A stretch of 64,000 nucleotides of DNA, taken from contig JBGPGO010000008.1 in the NCBI GenBank assembly GCA_041483895.1, forward strand, positions 1 through 64,000, given 5' to 3'. Both the position numbers and the translations under genes were made by a program. Positions 53,201 to 62,122 of this stretch are shown here, piece by piece. The notes under the pieces were generated by a model that was given only the letters and a program-made list of their open reading frames with translations, did not search any database and was not told where the DNA came from. The DNA comes from Fimbriimonadia bacterium (GTDB lineage Bacteria; Armatimonadota; Fimbriimonadia; Fimbriimonadales; JABRVX01). Position 1 is the stretch's first letter; every line of letters begins with the position of its first letter.

Positions 53201-55000
53201 ATGACCCCGATCAAGGGCCCCCAACATGCCGACAGTCTCGAAGCTTGGAAAGTTCGCCGTGGAGAAGTGCGCGAGATGGTGATGCGAGATATCGGCCTCT
53301 GGCCGCTGCCGAAAGACATCCCCCTCGACCCGCATATCGCCGGCAGCAAGGAACGGGACGGTTACACGCTCAGCCGCATCTATCTCCAGATGTTCCCTGG
53401 TTGCTATGGGACCGGGTGGCTCTACGTTCCGCTCCATCCAAAGAGCCCGAAGATGCCGGCGATTATCAATCCCAACGGCCACTTTGAGCACGGAGCCTGG
53501 AACCCGACAGAACAGTCGCGGGCTATCGCGATGGCCAAGAAAGGATACGTCTGCATCGCCACCGACAGCATCCACGCTGGAGATTTCGAGGTCGGCATGT
53601 GTCCCATCGGCCTGATGACCTGGCAGAATATTCGGGCGCTCGACTATCTATGCAGCCGTCCGGATGTGGACCTCTCGCGTATCGGAATCACCGGCGCAAG
53701 CGGCGGCGGCCAGCAAACGATGTACATGATGGCGATCGACGACCGACTCGCGGCCGCCGTTCCGGTCGTGATGGCCTGCTATTACGAGCGAATAATGAAC
53801 CCGGATTGGGCCCATTGCTGGTGCAACCACGCACCGGGAATTCAGGGAGATACCGATCCGATCGAATACCTCAGCCTCTTCGCCCCGAAGCCCGCGCAGT
53901 TCGAGTCTTCGACCTACGACTGGACCGCGCAGTTCCCCGAGAACGAGTGGAAAGACGTGCAGAAGGTGTGGAATCTGTACGGCGCCGGGGACAAGATCGC
54001 GAGCCGCATCGACAACATCCCGCACGACTACGACAAAGTGCGCCGCGAGGCGATGTACGGGTTCTTCAACAAGGTATTTGGCGTGGACGATCCCGACCAG
54101 GGGAAAGAGCCGGCTCTGAAGACGGAAGACTATCCGTTCATGGACACACTCGATCAGAAGATCGCGGGCGTGCAGGATTGGTCGGCCGCGGCGGCGTGGT
54201 ATCGGGCGAACCGGACCGCTAGCGGCGTCACGCGCGAGAAGCTGGCGAAACTGGTGCGCGCGGCGGACCCTGTGGAGGCTGAGGTGGGTGGGGAACCAAT
54301 GGAGACGCTGCATGTCTCTGTGCCGTTCGCGCAGACATTCCTCATTAATGGGGAGAAAGGCACCAAGATACCCGCCGTTCTGCTCTCTCCAAAGGCGACG
54401 GCACGGGCGATACCCGCCGTCATTCTCTTGATGCCGCACGGCAAGGCGGACGCGTTCGGACCGGACGACAAACCGAACCCGCTGGTTCAGGCCATTTTGG
54501 ACTCCGGCCAGCACGTGCTCGCGATCGACGCACGGCTTACTGGGGAGCTCCAAAAGGACTGGGTCCACAACTGCCTCTTCTGGGGAAGGCCCGAGGTCGG
54601 CATGGCCGCGGACGATGCGCGCTGGGCCGCCGCCTATCTCGCCCACTATCCCGGCGTGGACAAGAAGCACATTTCCGTCATCGGCGTGGGCCACATGGGG
54701 TTGGCGGCTCTGATTGCGGGAACGCTGGGCAGCTTTTCTTCTTGCGTTTTCGATGCGCAAGGCGCGAGCTACAAGAGCCAACCACTCTACGACACAAAGG
54801 GCTACTACTCCGGCGGCAAAGGGCTTTCGACCTTCGTCCTGCCGCTGCTTCCCGGCGTAATGGAGTTGGGCGATGTGCCGGAGATCGCGAAGGCGTGCGC
54901 TTGCCCGCTTGGCGTGATCCAGCCTGGGGAAGGCATGACCGGCGCTGCGGTCTTGGATCCAACCCATCTGGAATCGGTCGCCGGGTTTTTGCGGAAATAA
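50276..55000 (+). CDS. Large secreted protein: putative glycoside hydrolase + CBM-like sandwich + alpha/beta-hydrolase (acetylxylan esterase-like)
   Basis: SD GGAGGT; signal peptide; GGDARGLMYG; YEVWARV..GKHTL; GASGGG nucleophile motif. Confidence 0.75.
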   Translation: MKSIVVGLAVIFVEMGFSQVVVKLPENRPEWQFAVNEIKAAAKEKLTVVASIAKGEPESFRIRTGGGQVMVDGGDARGLMYGLLDVAEQLRVFHKVSGKQDKPFLKYRMLKFNPPLKGNVYLSDEDAANSAWFFDLDYWDAFFKMMAKARYNVISFWHSHPFGNMVTLAKYPEAALLQGAEMDKAKQFYHSLFQLAHAHGIDVYWMTWNIHVTPGFAKAHSVKDGQDSPLIRDYAKECMRETLREYPEIDGWGTCPGEAMGSLDANGREDFIRECILEPMRETGRKMPLIHRYWGAEPPALAKMVSDAKYPADVLLDIKFNGEHMYSSPKPHVQDQRWFNQSPKPYQILWHLRNDDLYQFNWGDPDFAYALIKNCAGSGGFVMGSEVEVPGVDRYHTKETEWHKTWKYQFEKHWFRWMLWGRAGYNPNMGEDVWRGMYQAKYGKEIGAKVYEATKTASKIIPAVERFHWDYMNGDWYAEGNIGGWNTSAEMPRPNFRRNQMWHDLDGYIFNNTIDEGMLSIPEMVGESTVSGKLPSGRKTAFEVAAELGQWSAKVDSLAHEAETLAIGPRAMPRDVILRQAKMESLDCDLMDLSAISKLGDFYAEKLNAAGSAGLLLFGFNPDVRDVAVTMAKQAADSWSRLADIADRHYLKHEVWLMGQFSWGMYTPFVQRDVEMALSVVPIPRSEREWTVGGKKLKTVTWQHVGDPIKDQWIDFMNGIAGKVRPTADTATTEIQVPAGRTAAVKFLGKGLIEASAPGGVKFGPGMPEAAVVSQSGVLTVKVDPKEAKDGFTIQVIPQGRPDDQIILPAKDGKLTAPFALEAPQGGLHGQCILVKKGVGHGKEGSAGPIKDNGWADFSFTTKLATKYEVWARVWFTDDDSNSFFLKFDGGDPQILASEDFNRWAWVMLPATMELKNGKHTLQVRNREDGVRLDEIRLIPIGMDAQALLPKTLQERLAVLGPKGAADNLAAYFQKMTPIKGPQHADSLEAWKVRRGEVREMVMRDIGLWPLPKDIPLDPHIAGSKERDGYTLSRIYLQMFPGCYGTGWLYVPLHPKSPKMPAIINPNGHFEHGAWNPTEQSRAIAMAKKGYVCIATDSIHAGDFEVGMCPIGLMTWQNIRALDYLCSRPDVDLSRIGITGASGGGQQTMYMMAIDDRLAAAVPVVMACYYERIMNPDWAHCWCNHAPGIQGDTDPIEYLSLFAPKPAQFESSTYDWTAQFPENEWKDVQKVWNLYGAGDKIASRIDNIPHDYDKVRREAMYGFFNKVFGVDDPDQGKEPALKTEDYPFMDTLDQKIAGVQDWSAAAAWYRANRTASGVTREKLAKLVRAADPVEAEVGGEPMETLHVSVPFAQTFLINGEKGTKIPAVLLSPKATARAIPAVILLMPHGKADAFGPDDKPNPLVQAILDSGQHVLAIDARLTGELQKDWVHNCLFWGRPEVGMAADDARWAAAYLAHYPGVDKKHISVIGVGHMGLAALIAGTLGSFSSCVFDAQGASYKSQPLYDTKGYYSGGKGLSTFVLPLLPGVMELGDVPEIAKACACPLGVIQPGEGMTGAAVLDPTHLESVAGFLRK

Positions 55001-55480
55001 GGCGAAGTTCGTTTGGCCGTTCGAAATCAACCGTGGAAGTTCAACGATACTTCCACGGTCTTGATTTAGAGGATCTGATTTCCGAGATGAACGTGCAGAC
55101 GATAATTCAGAGAACTCGAGGAAGGACCGATCAGATTCTCGTTCGATATTTTTTGGAATCGCCCATACTTTCAATCCGGAATCCAATTAATTTCCGCGAT
55201 GACGAGAGAAGATTTTTCCAGTTGAGGATCGCTCGTTAGGCGGATCGAATCTCAGTTGCGAATAGAATTTCATTGTCGCGCGCAACGTCCGATGCGACCG
55301 GAATCAGTTTCAATTTGAGAAAATCGAGATACCGATCTTCGGTAATTCCCAAAAGTTCTTCATCAAAATGCACGATATTTGCGAACAAATTTGCATTTGT
55401 GCACATCAAAATAAAAAGAACTATTGCAATTTTGCCAATCATTATTGCAATAATAACTCATCCAAGGAGGGTCTTAGCTT

Positions 55481-55861
55481 ATGAGGAAAACAACGACTAA
55501 GAAAAAACCATCCTCGTCCGCGTCGAAAAACGGCGTGACGATCACCCTGTCCGGCGACGTCGCAAAAGTGTTTCCGAGCGCCGCAAAAGCGACTGCGGCC
55601 TTGAAGCAACTCGCGGCGATCGTCTCGTCCGCGGCTCCAGCCGCCGCTCCGAAAAAGGCCGCGGCCAAGAAGGCTGCACCGAAGAAAAGAGTGGCAGCAA
55701 AGAGAGCGGCTCCGAAGAGGACCGCACGACCGGCTGCAAAGAAAACCACTGCGGCGAAGAAAACCACCGCACGGAAGACAACAGCCAAGAGAAAGACAGT
55801 AGCGAAGAAGAAGGCCCCAGTGGCCGCTTCCATGTCCTCCCCAGTTAGGACAATGAAATAA
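55481..55861 (+). CDS. Lys/Ala-rich histone H1-like protein
   Basis: AAKK/PKK repeats; AGGAGG SD; terminator follows. Confidence 0.78.
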   Translation: MRKTTTKKKPSSSASKNGVTITLSGDVAKVFPSAAKATAALKQLAAIVSSAAPAAAPKKAAAKKAAPKKRVAAKRAAPKRTARPAAKKTTAAKKTTARKTTAKRKTVAKKKAPVAASMSSPVRTMK

Positions 55862-55865
55862 GAAA

Positions 55866-55900
55866 AATGGGGCGGCCCGAATGGACCGCCCCATCTCTTT
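55866..55900. terminator. Bidirectional terminator
   Basis: ATGGGGCGG...CCGCCCCAT flanked by A-rich and T-rich tracts between convergent genes. Confidence 0.75.
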
Positions 55901-56399
55901 ATTTTTGCCGCTTCAGAACAATTTCGTGCAGCAGCTTTTCTTCGCCATTTTGAACCTGAACAAGGCGATTGGAGAGCGTATCTTTGTCAGTGAACCGTTC
56001 TGTAGCTTTCCACTGTTTCGGGTCGCCACCAATCGGTCCGAACTCGAAAATGAACGTATCGCTGGCCATAGTCACGTGGCCGTAAAACACGCTCTCCGAT
56101 CCGTGCGTGTCAAGATAATAGACCTGCTTCGCGGTGGGATCCCACCCCAAAAAGCTGGTCACATAGATCGGCGCTTTCGAACCCTTGCCGATCTGGCCCT
56201 CGCCAATAATCCCTTTCCCGTCCGGATGGCGGCGATACTTGAATTCCACAATCAGCGGCCCGTTCGGAGTCTGCACTTCGCCCGTCCATGTGCCTCCGAT
56301 AATCTGAGTCAGTTTCGTGAGAACCGGATCCTCAGCCTTCGTCGGCGTCTGCGCGGCAGCCACCCCGGCCGCCAAGATCAACAAACTAAGCCATTTCAT
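55899..56399 (-). CDS. Secreted hypothetical protein (possible lipocalin-like beta-barrel)
   Basis: MKWLSLLILAAGVAAAQ signal; L...GTW.G motif. Confidence 0.7.
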   Translation of the reverse strand: MKWLSLLILAAGVAAAQTPTKAEDPVLTKLTQIIGGTWTGEVQTPNGPLIVEFKYRRHPDGKGIIGEGQIGKGSKAPIYVTSFLGWDPTAKQVYYLDTHGSESVFYGHVTMASDTFIFEFGPIGGDPKQWKATERFTDKDTLSNRLVQVQNGEEKLLHEIVLKRQK

Positions 56400-57220
56400 G
56401 ATTTTCCTCTCTCTCCCTTCGGTTCGGGACATGCTTCATATCCGATGCCTTCCTCGCAATATCGTTTCAGCGATTGTTCCATCAGGGCGCGCGTGCCTTC
56501 CCGGAACATTTTTTCCAGGTCTTCCGGCACATCGCCCCAAATCACAAACTTCCGTTTGAGAATCGTCGCGTCGCCGTCCGCCTCAAACGTGTCGACGCTG
56601 AACGTGTTGTACGAGCCGGGCAGACCGCCCGGTCCGCGATACGCGCACTTGACCGGCGGATCGAGATAGACGACGATGCCGTACGAAGCGAAACCGCCGT
56701 CCCACAGCTCGCCGATTCGCCCGTTCATCTGCGGCTCGAAGATAATGGTGGAACCGGGCTTGAATCGGTGCGGCCACCAATTCGGAAATTCCACCGTCGC
56801 GGCGCGGAACACCCGTTCTTGGGACGCGTTGATCCGCATCTCCATTTCGATGTTCACGTGCCGATAGGGCGTCTGGTCCATTTGTTGGGCCACCTCTTTC
56901 GTGGTTTCTGCGTACCGTCGTAAGTGTAGGGCCGTCTCGGCCGCGGTGGACGATAGGGGGCTGGTCCATCGTTCGTACATCTCGCGCAAGGGGATCGGGT
57001 TCAGATAGTTGAACCGATTGCGCCCCTCGCACCGGAACAGGACCAGCCCCGCATCCTCCAAAACTCCCAGGTGCTGCATAACCGCGAAACGGCTCAGCCC
57101 CGTCAGCTCTTTGGTGAGCTGACCGGTGGTTTGCGGCCCTTCGCGCATCAAGTCCAGGAGTCTCCTCCGATGAGGACTCGCCAGCGCCCGCCAGACGGTT
57201 TCCGATTCCACGTTTGCCAA
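56396..57220 (-). CDS. ArsR/SmtB HTH + SRPBCC(AHSA1)-like fusion regulator
   Basis: ALASP.RR.LL..L, HLGVLEDAGLV; I.ASQERVFRA. Confidence 0.85.
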   Translation of the reverse strand: MANVESETVWRALASPHRRRLLDLMREGPQTTGQLTKELTGLSRFAVMQHLGVLEDAGLVLFRCEGRNRFNYLNPIPLREMYERWTSPLSSTAAETALHLRRYAETTKEVAQQMDQTPYRHVNIEMEMRINASQERVFRAATVEFPNWWPHRFKPGSTIIFEPQMNGRIGELWDGGFASYGIVVYLDPPVKCAYRGPGGLPGSYNTFSVDTFEADGDATILKRKFVIWGDVPEDLEKMFREGTRALMEQSLKRYCEEGIGYEACPEPKGERGKS

Positions 57221-57224
57221 TACG

Positions 57225-57245
57225 TGATATTATTATAACATATCA
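57225..57245 (-). promoter_or_regulatory. Extended -10 with overlapping inverted-repeat operator
   Basis: TGTTATAAT inside TGATAT-N9-ATATCA. Confidence 0.6.
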
Positions 57246-57290
57246 TGTGGCGGATGTCTAGGTATTTGGGTCCTTTTTGAATGTAAAAAT

Positions 57291-57315
57291 CCCTCAACAA
57301 TCACATTGTTGAGGA
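57291..57315. repeat. Family C palindrome
   Basis: CCCTCAACAATCACATTGTTGAGGA. Confidence 0.65.
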
Positions 57316-57316
57316 C

Positions 57317-57679
57317 TTACGTATGCCGTCCGGCTCCGTCCATGGGAGGATTGGCCGCCCTTCGTGAACTGATCATCCCGATGACCGCGCAAGCCAAAGC
57401 AGTAACTGCAGCGACGGTAATGACCCCGGCGGGCCACACGGCTTGGGTCATCAGAAGTTTGCGGCCAAAGAACACCGTGTCCAGTGCGGCCATGCACGCG
57501 CAGATGGCGTAGCCGATTTTGGGCCTGTTGTGCGCGAGGGCAACGCCTCCAATCACCACCACCCCAAACCCGACGTTCCAAATGAGCCAGGGCAACTTGC
57601 CCCCGGCCATGTATCCCTGCACCCCGCTGGCAATGTCCAGGAGGGCGTAGAGAATAAGGACGCCTCTAAGCCAGGTCAT
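57317..57679 (-). CDS. Small membrane protein, TMEM14-like
   Basis: 4 TM segments; G..GY..GG.....I pattern. Confidence 0.6.
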   Translation of the reverse strand: MTWLRGVLILYALLDIASGVQGYMAGGKLPWLIWNVGFGVVVIGGVALAHNRPKIGYAICACMAALDTVFFGRKLLMTQAVWPAGVITVAAVTALACAVIGMISSRRAANPPMDGAGRHT

Positions 57680-57706
57680 TGGGGAAAAGTGTACCTAGGC
57701 AAAGAA

Positions 57707-57768
57707 ATGTGCCGGGGTTCACTTTCGCCGACCACCCCGCTGTTCCTGACCGCCTTGACCCCAGCACA
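57707..57768. repeat. Family B palindrome variant
   Basis: TGTGCCGGGGT...ACCCCAGCACA. Confidence 0.6.
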
Positions 57769-57817
57769 GAACAGTTGCGCTGGAGTGTTTCAATCTTCCC
57801 GCCGGGCCGGCAGCCGC

Positions 57818-58513
57818 CTAGGTAATCCCCCGCTCGTTGAGTTGCTTGAGATCAGACCGAACGTACTCACCGACGGCCCAAGAAGTCCGATCCGTCTTGT
57901 TCGAAGCCAAGTTCGCTGCTTCGATTAGAAACGCCTTGAGTCTGACAAGGACTCGACGATACCCCGATGTATCGCTAACCATCTTGCAGCCACTGGCCTC
58001 AATGCTGTGCAAAAGGCGAACTTTCCAAAAAAAGCGCAGCTTCTCTTCATCGGTTAGAGTACCCATGTGGTTCGAAATCAGCGTTTCAAGTTTCGAAACG
58101 GCTTCGCGAATGTATGCATCATGGCGGATATCAATGTAGCCCTTAAGCGCCGCTCCCCACAATTCCGCTTCGCCCAACGCCCACTGAAATGGTCTGCGAT
58201 CCTCGATAAGCGAAGCAATCTCATTTGGCTCGATTCCTTGCCAGGCCATTGCTTGACACTGACTGAAGAAGATGCCTTGGCATATTCCTTGTCCGGCTTT
58301 GCTTTCAGTCTTTTGAGCCCAAGTGCTTTCGTGGTGCTCTATCACATACAGTGTCTGGCGACCCAGAAGCCCCCACACTCGGCGCGAGTTTCTCAGTACC
58401 GGCAATCTTCTTGTCACTGCTACTGCCGTTTGTATGCTCAGCATCCGGCAAAGGGCGATAAACCCGTCAATAGACTCGAAAACTCCCACAAAGCCAATTA
58501 CATCTTCTCGCAA
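57818..58513 (-). CDS. Hypothetical protein (AT-rich)
   Basis: 231-aa ORF with no recognisable motif; competing + strand ORF. Confidence 0.45.
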   Translation of the reverse strand: MREDVIGFVGVFESIDGFIALCRMLSIQTAVAVTRRLPVLRNSRRVWGLLGRQTLYVIEHHESTWAQKTESKAGQGICQGIFFSQCQAMAWQGIEPNEIASLIEDRRPFQWALGEAELWGAALKGYIDIRHDAYIREAVSKLETLISNHMGTLTDEEKLRFFWKVRLLHSIEASGCKMVSDTSGYRRVLVRLKAFLIEAANLASNKTDRTSWAVGEYVRSDLKQLNERGIT

Positions 58514-58633
58514 TTAACCGTTGCGGAGGCAGTAAAAACTGAAACAGGGTTAGGGTGGGGGTTCGTCCGCATCAAAAATCTATCATTCCGAAAAACCCCT
58601 GACAGTGCGAATGCCAGGGGATATCCGCGCCCC

Positions 58634-58777
58634 CGATGTATTGGGGTTTTTGGTGCTTGGCAGTCAACACGAATCGGCAGACGTGAACCCCAATACATCT
58701 GGGGGGAGTATCACCGTTGTGTTGGGGTCCTCGCCAGCCGCAACCGAACGAGAGCCAACCACCATAGACCCCAACAC
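58634..58777. repeat. Two tandem family B palindromes
   Basis: GATGTATTGGGG...CCCCAATACATC and GTGTTGGGGTC...GACCCCAACAC. Confidence 0.8.
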
Positions 58778-58829
58778 GTCGGATACCTCCGACGAATCGA
58801 TCGTCGGGGGATAAAGTCGCTGTGCCAAG

Positions 58830-60110
58830 TCAGCTATCGTGCAGCACCGCGATCGGTCGGCCTCGCGTCTCCGGCAACGTCCAGATCCATGCCCCGGTCA
58901 GCAGCGCGAACAGCGCCGCCAGCGAAATCCCTCCCGCTAGCCCGTATCGCGGCGCGATGACCGCGATCACCACCGGTGTAAAGAACTGCACCCCCCGCGC
59001 CAGGTTGAACGCCGCCCCCATCGCCGTGTTCCGAATTGCGGTCGGAAACAGCTCGGAAAACAGTGGGCCATATCCCCCGAACATCCCTGTGCCAAATCCC
59101 ACCAAGAACATGAACGCCAAAATCATCGGCGGCGAAGCCGAAATGGAAGACCACAGCAGCGTGATCATAATCAGCCCCAGCGCCATGATGACCGAGTAGA
59201 TGGAATACGCTGGCCGCCGGCCGACCCGGTCCGCCACCACCCCAAAGCTGGCATATCCCAGCAGCCCGCCGCCCTGCGTCACCAGCATCCACACCGCCGA
59301 AGTGGCCAGGGAAAAATGCCGCTCCTTGTGGAGGTACGAAGGCATCCACGAATAGGTGAACCAATAGGCCGACATATCGAAGATGGCCAGCACCAGCGAC
59401 AGTGCGAACAGCCTGCCGGTCGTGCCGGATAGCAGCATCCGAAGACGATTGCTGGTCTCTTGCGCCATGGCATCGTGTGTCAGCCCGCCCTCCGCGATCA
59501 GCTTCCGCCGCTCCAACCACACATCCGACTCCGGGAGCGATGTGCGAACGAAGATCACTAACAGCGCAGGCAGCACCGAGACGAAGAAACACATCCGCCA
59601 ACCGATCTGCGGCGCCAAAAATCCGCCGACAACGGTCGCAAGCGCGATGCCGATTGGCGCGCCCGTTTGCATCAGCGCCCCATACCGCCCACGAACCTTT
59701 GGCGGAAACGTCTCGCCCACATAGGTCTGTCCGGTCGCCCACTCACCACCGACTCCCAGACCGGTGAGGACGCGGAAAACGATGAGCGCGCCCAGCCCGG
59801 AAGAAAGGCCGCAAAGAAACGTCCCGACACTGTACGTGAGGATCGTCCACTGCAAAACGCTGCGCCGCCCAAAGCGATCCGAAAGAACGCCGAAGATCAC
59901 GCCCCCTATCGCCGTCGCCGCCAGCGACGCCCCCATCACGTAGGAAAGCTGAACTTCCGACAGGCCCAGCTCCTTGCCAATCGGAATGAGAAGAAAAGTG
60001 TACAGGATCAGATCGTAGAAGTCAAAAATCCATCCCGCCCAGGAGAGCAACAGGATTCGGTAGTGCTGCCTTGTCGGCCTCTCATGATCGGACAGCAACA
60101 TGGCTTTCAC
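58830..60110 (-). CDS. MFS transporter (sialate/organic acid type)
   Basis: FDFYD, LSDRFGRR, GGEW, SELFPT..R, LPETRG. Confidence 0.93.
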   Translation of the reverse strand: MKAMLLSDHERPTRQHYRILLLSWAGWIFDFYDLILYTFLLIPIGKELGLSEVQLSYVMGASLAATAIGGVIFGVLSDRFGRRSVLQWTILTYSVGTFLCGLSSGLGALIVFRVLTGLGVGGEWATGQTYVGETFPPKVRGRYGALMQTGAPIGIALATVVGGFLAPQIGWRMCFFVSVLPALLVIFVRTSLPESDVWLERRKLIAEGGLTHDAMAQETSNRLRMLLSGTTGRLFALSLVLAIFDMSAYWFTYSWMPSYLHKERHFSLATSAVWMLVTQGGGLLGYASFGVVADRVGRRPAYSIYSVIMALGLIMITLLWSSISASPPMILAFMFLVGFGTGMFGGYGPLFSELFPTAIRNTAMGAAFNLARGVQFFTPVVIAVIAPRYGLAGGISLAALFALLTGAWIWTLPETRGRPIAVLHDS

Positions 60111-60169
60111 AATCTAGTTCAGTGGCGCCGAATAATATCCTACCCAAACGAGGGAGCAACGCAAACTCC

Positions 60170-62011
60170 CTACCGACGCCGCAGCAGTCCCCCGACCTCC
60201 GATAGGTTGAGGCCGATATAGAAATAGTTCGCATTCGCCTGGAAGTTGCGACCGAAGCCGACCCAGAACATGTCCCGGAAGAACGTCGCGGAGAGGGCCA
60301 ACCCGATCTCCACCGGTTGCTTGTCGGAAAAATCGAGCAGGGCGATGCTGAAGCCCAGTCCCGGCGAGAGGCCGTGATTCCAGAAGTCGTTGTTCTTCAT
60401 CCCATACTTCCAATGGTAGCCAAGACCGAGGGTCGGCTGGTAGCTGACATTCCGATCGATCGTCCCCTGCGGCTGCACCATCAACAAAGCCCCGCGCGTC
60501 TCCATGTACAGGCCATACGCCTCGAGTTTGAACTCTTTGCGCCCCTGCATCAAGACTTTCCGCTCCTTGGTTTGCGGATCGTCCGACACCACGGAAATGT
60601 CAACGATAACTCGATCCCCCGGATAGCGCGGACCCACGGATCGCATGTCCAGTGTGGTGTCCAGGTCCTGATCGCCTTCCGCGGCGCGCGGAACCAAATC
60701 CCGCGCCTGCAACGCAACCCCTGCGCCGATATCAATTGCCTTCGCGACTTCCCGAAATTGCGACGATATCTGGCTGAAGTAGGTGATGTTGTTGGCAAAA
60801 ACACCCGCAAAATCGGTGAAATTCTGTGCCGACGCTGTGTTCACCACCCCTGGGTGCGTGGCGTTGTACGCGATCATGTTGGCGGCAAGAGATCGGAATC
60901 TCGAAGGGAGGTCGGTAACGTCTCGCAACATCCTGCGGGAAGAGGTATCGAGCAGCGTCCCGATCTCAAGCAGCTTGCCGGCGTTGTCAGCCGCCTGAAG
61001 AGTCGGCACGTTCGTCAGCATGTTGATGGTCTCGATCAGGCCCTTGGCTTCTGCATGGAGCGGCTTGCCGTCGGCAGGCGCCTTGGATAGGTTATCCAGA
61101 AGGGTCGTCAGATTTTGGGTTATCCCGTCGAAATTCATGCCCGCGACCAGTTCGTGCAGACCGTCGCCCATATCATGCAGCGTATCGCGGACCTGGCTCT
61201 GAAACGATCCGGTCATGAACTGGTTGGACAGATTTGCAACTCCCTGCGCTAATTGCAGGTCCCTTTGCGTGCGCGGATCCGCCACGGTTTGGAAGCGAGC
61301 GAATGGGATGGGGCTTCCCGCCTTTAGGCTGTCATACCTGTCGAGGTGTATGCGAGTCGACCGGCCGTCGTGACCCACCAAGTGCGCTTCCATAAAGACC
61401 TGAACCTGGCTCGTCTGACCGGACTGCCGACCCAGCTCATTCGCCGTCTTCGTCAGATTGCTCCCGATGGCATCTCCGAGCGGCTTATAGTCACCCTCGC
61501 CTATCGCCTTTTCGATCGCCGGCTTGAATTCGTTATAGATGACGGGGTCTTTGAATTCCAGCGTCTTGATGGCAGCAAGAATTTTGACGCCTGCCGCGCC
61601 GTGTTCGCCGCGAACAGAATTGAGCTGCGTGTCAAGAGACATCAGACGCCGCGTATCGTTCATCTTCAGCGCGACCGCTTTGCCAACGGCCATGCCGGCC
61701 ATGGCGATCTGTCTTTCCTGCGCCGTCAAAATCTGGCCAACGGCGGTCTCCAGGAGCTCCACGCGATCGGTCAGCGGTCCTGTCGCGATACCAGGGGATT
61801 TTTCTTTCGCAAGCGAAGCGAGAAACGCCTCTCGCTTCCAGTTGATCTTGAAGGTGGTGTCCATCTCAATCTCGGTCGTGCGGTTGCGGCTATCGATCGG
61901 CTTGCCGTTGGCCAGCACGAACGAGATATGATCGAGAACGTCGCCATAGGCAATCCCCATGGCAATGGGACAGAACGCGATTAACCCTAGCAATCTTCTT
62001 CCACCGTGCAT
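60170..62011 (-). CDS. Secreted hypothetical protein, helical centre and beta-rich C-terminus
   Basis: 613-aa ORF; hydrophobic N-terminus; alternating aromatic beta-strands at the C-terminus. Confidence 0.75.
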   Translation of the reverse strand: MHGGRRLLGLIAFCPIAMGIAYGDVLDHISFVLANGKPIDSRNRTTEIEMDTTFKINWKREAFLASLAKEKSPGIATGPLTDRVELLETAVGQILTAQERQIAMAGMAVGKAVALKMNDTRRLMSLDTQLNSVRGEHGAAGVKILAAIKTLEFKDPVIYNEFKPAIEKAIGEGDYKPLGDAIGSNLTKTANELGRQSGQTSQVQVFMEAHLVGHDGRSTRIHLDRYDSLKAGSPIPFARFQTVADPRTQRDLQLAQGVANLSNQFMTGSFQSQVRDTLHDMGDGLHELVAGMNFDGITQNLTTLLDNLSKAPADGKPLHAEAKGLIETINMLTNVPTLQAADNAGKLLEIGTLLDTSSRRMLRDVTDLPSRFRSLAANMIAYNATHPGVVNTASAQNFTDFAGVFANNITYFSQISSQFREVAKAIDIGAGVALQARDLVPRAAEGDQDLDTTLDMRSVGPRYPGDRVIVDISVVSDDPQTKERKVLMQGRKEFKLEAYGLYMETRGALLMVQPQGTIDRNVSYQPTLGLGYHWKYGMKNNDFWNHGLSPGLGFSIALLDFSDKQPVEIGLALSATFFRDMFWVGFGRNFQANANYFYIGLNLSEVGGLLRRR

Positions 62012-62080
62012 ACTGTTTGGATGGTACTAACGTTCGGCATGGTACATGGAGGGGTCCTTCTACCCATTGCAAAGGGAAAG

Positions 62081-62105
62081 GCCTCCATCGTGGAGCGATG
62101 GAGGC
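62081..62105 (-). terminator. Intrinsic terminator
   Basis: GCCTCCATCG-N5-CGATGGAGGC followed by CTTTCCCTTT on minus strand. Confidence 0.7.
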
Positions 62106-62122
62106 TGGACAGTAGTGTCACG

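Noticed and set aside
55442..55894. Minus-strand Phe/Ala-rich ORFs
   Set aside because: Mirror of the Lys/Ala-rich plus-strand gene, which has the SD and terminator.
58634..58777. CRISPR array (repeat-spacer-like pattern)
   Set aside because: Repeats are inverted pairs dispersed through the window, not direct repeats at constant spacing; no cas genes.
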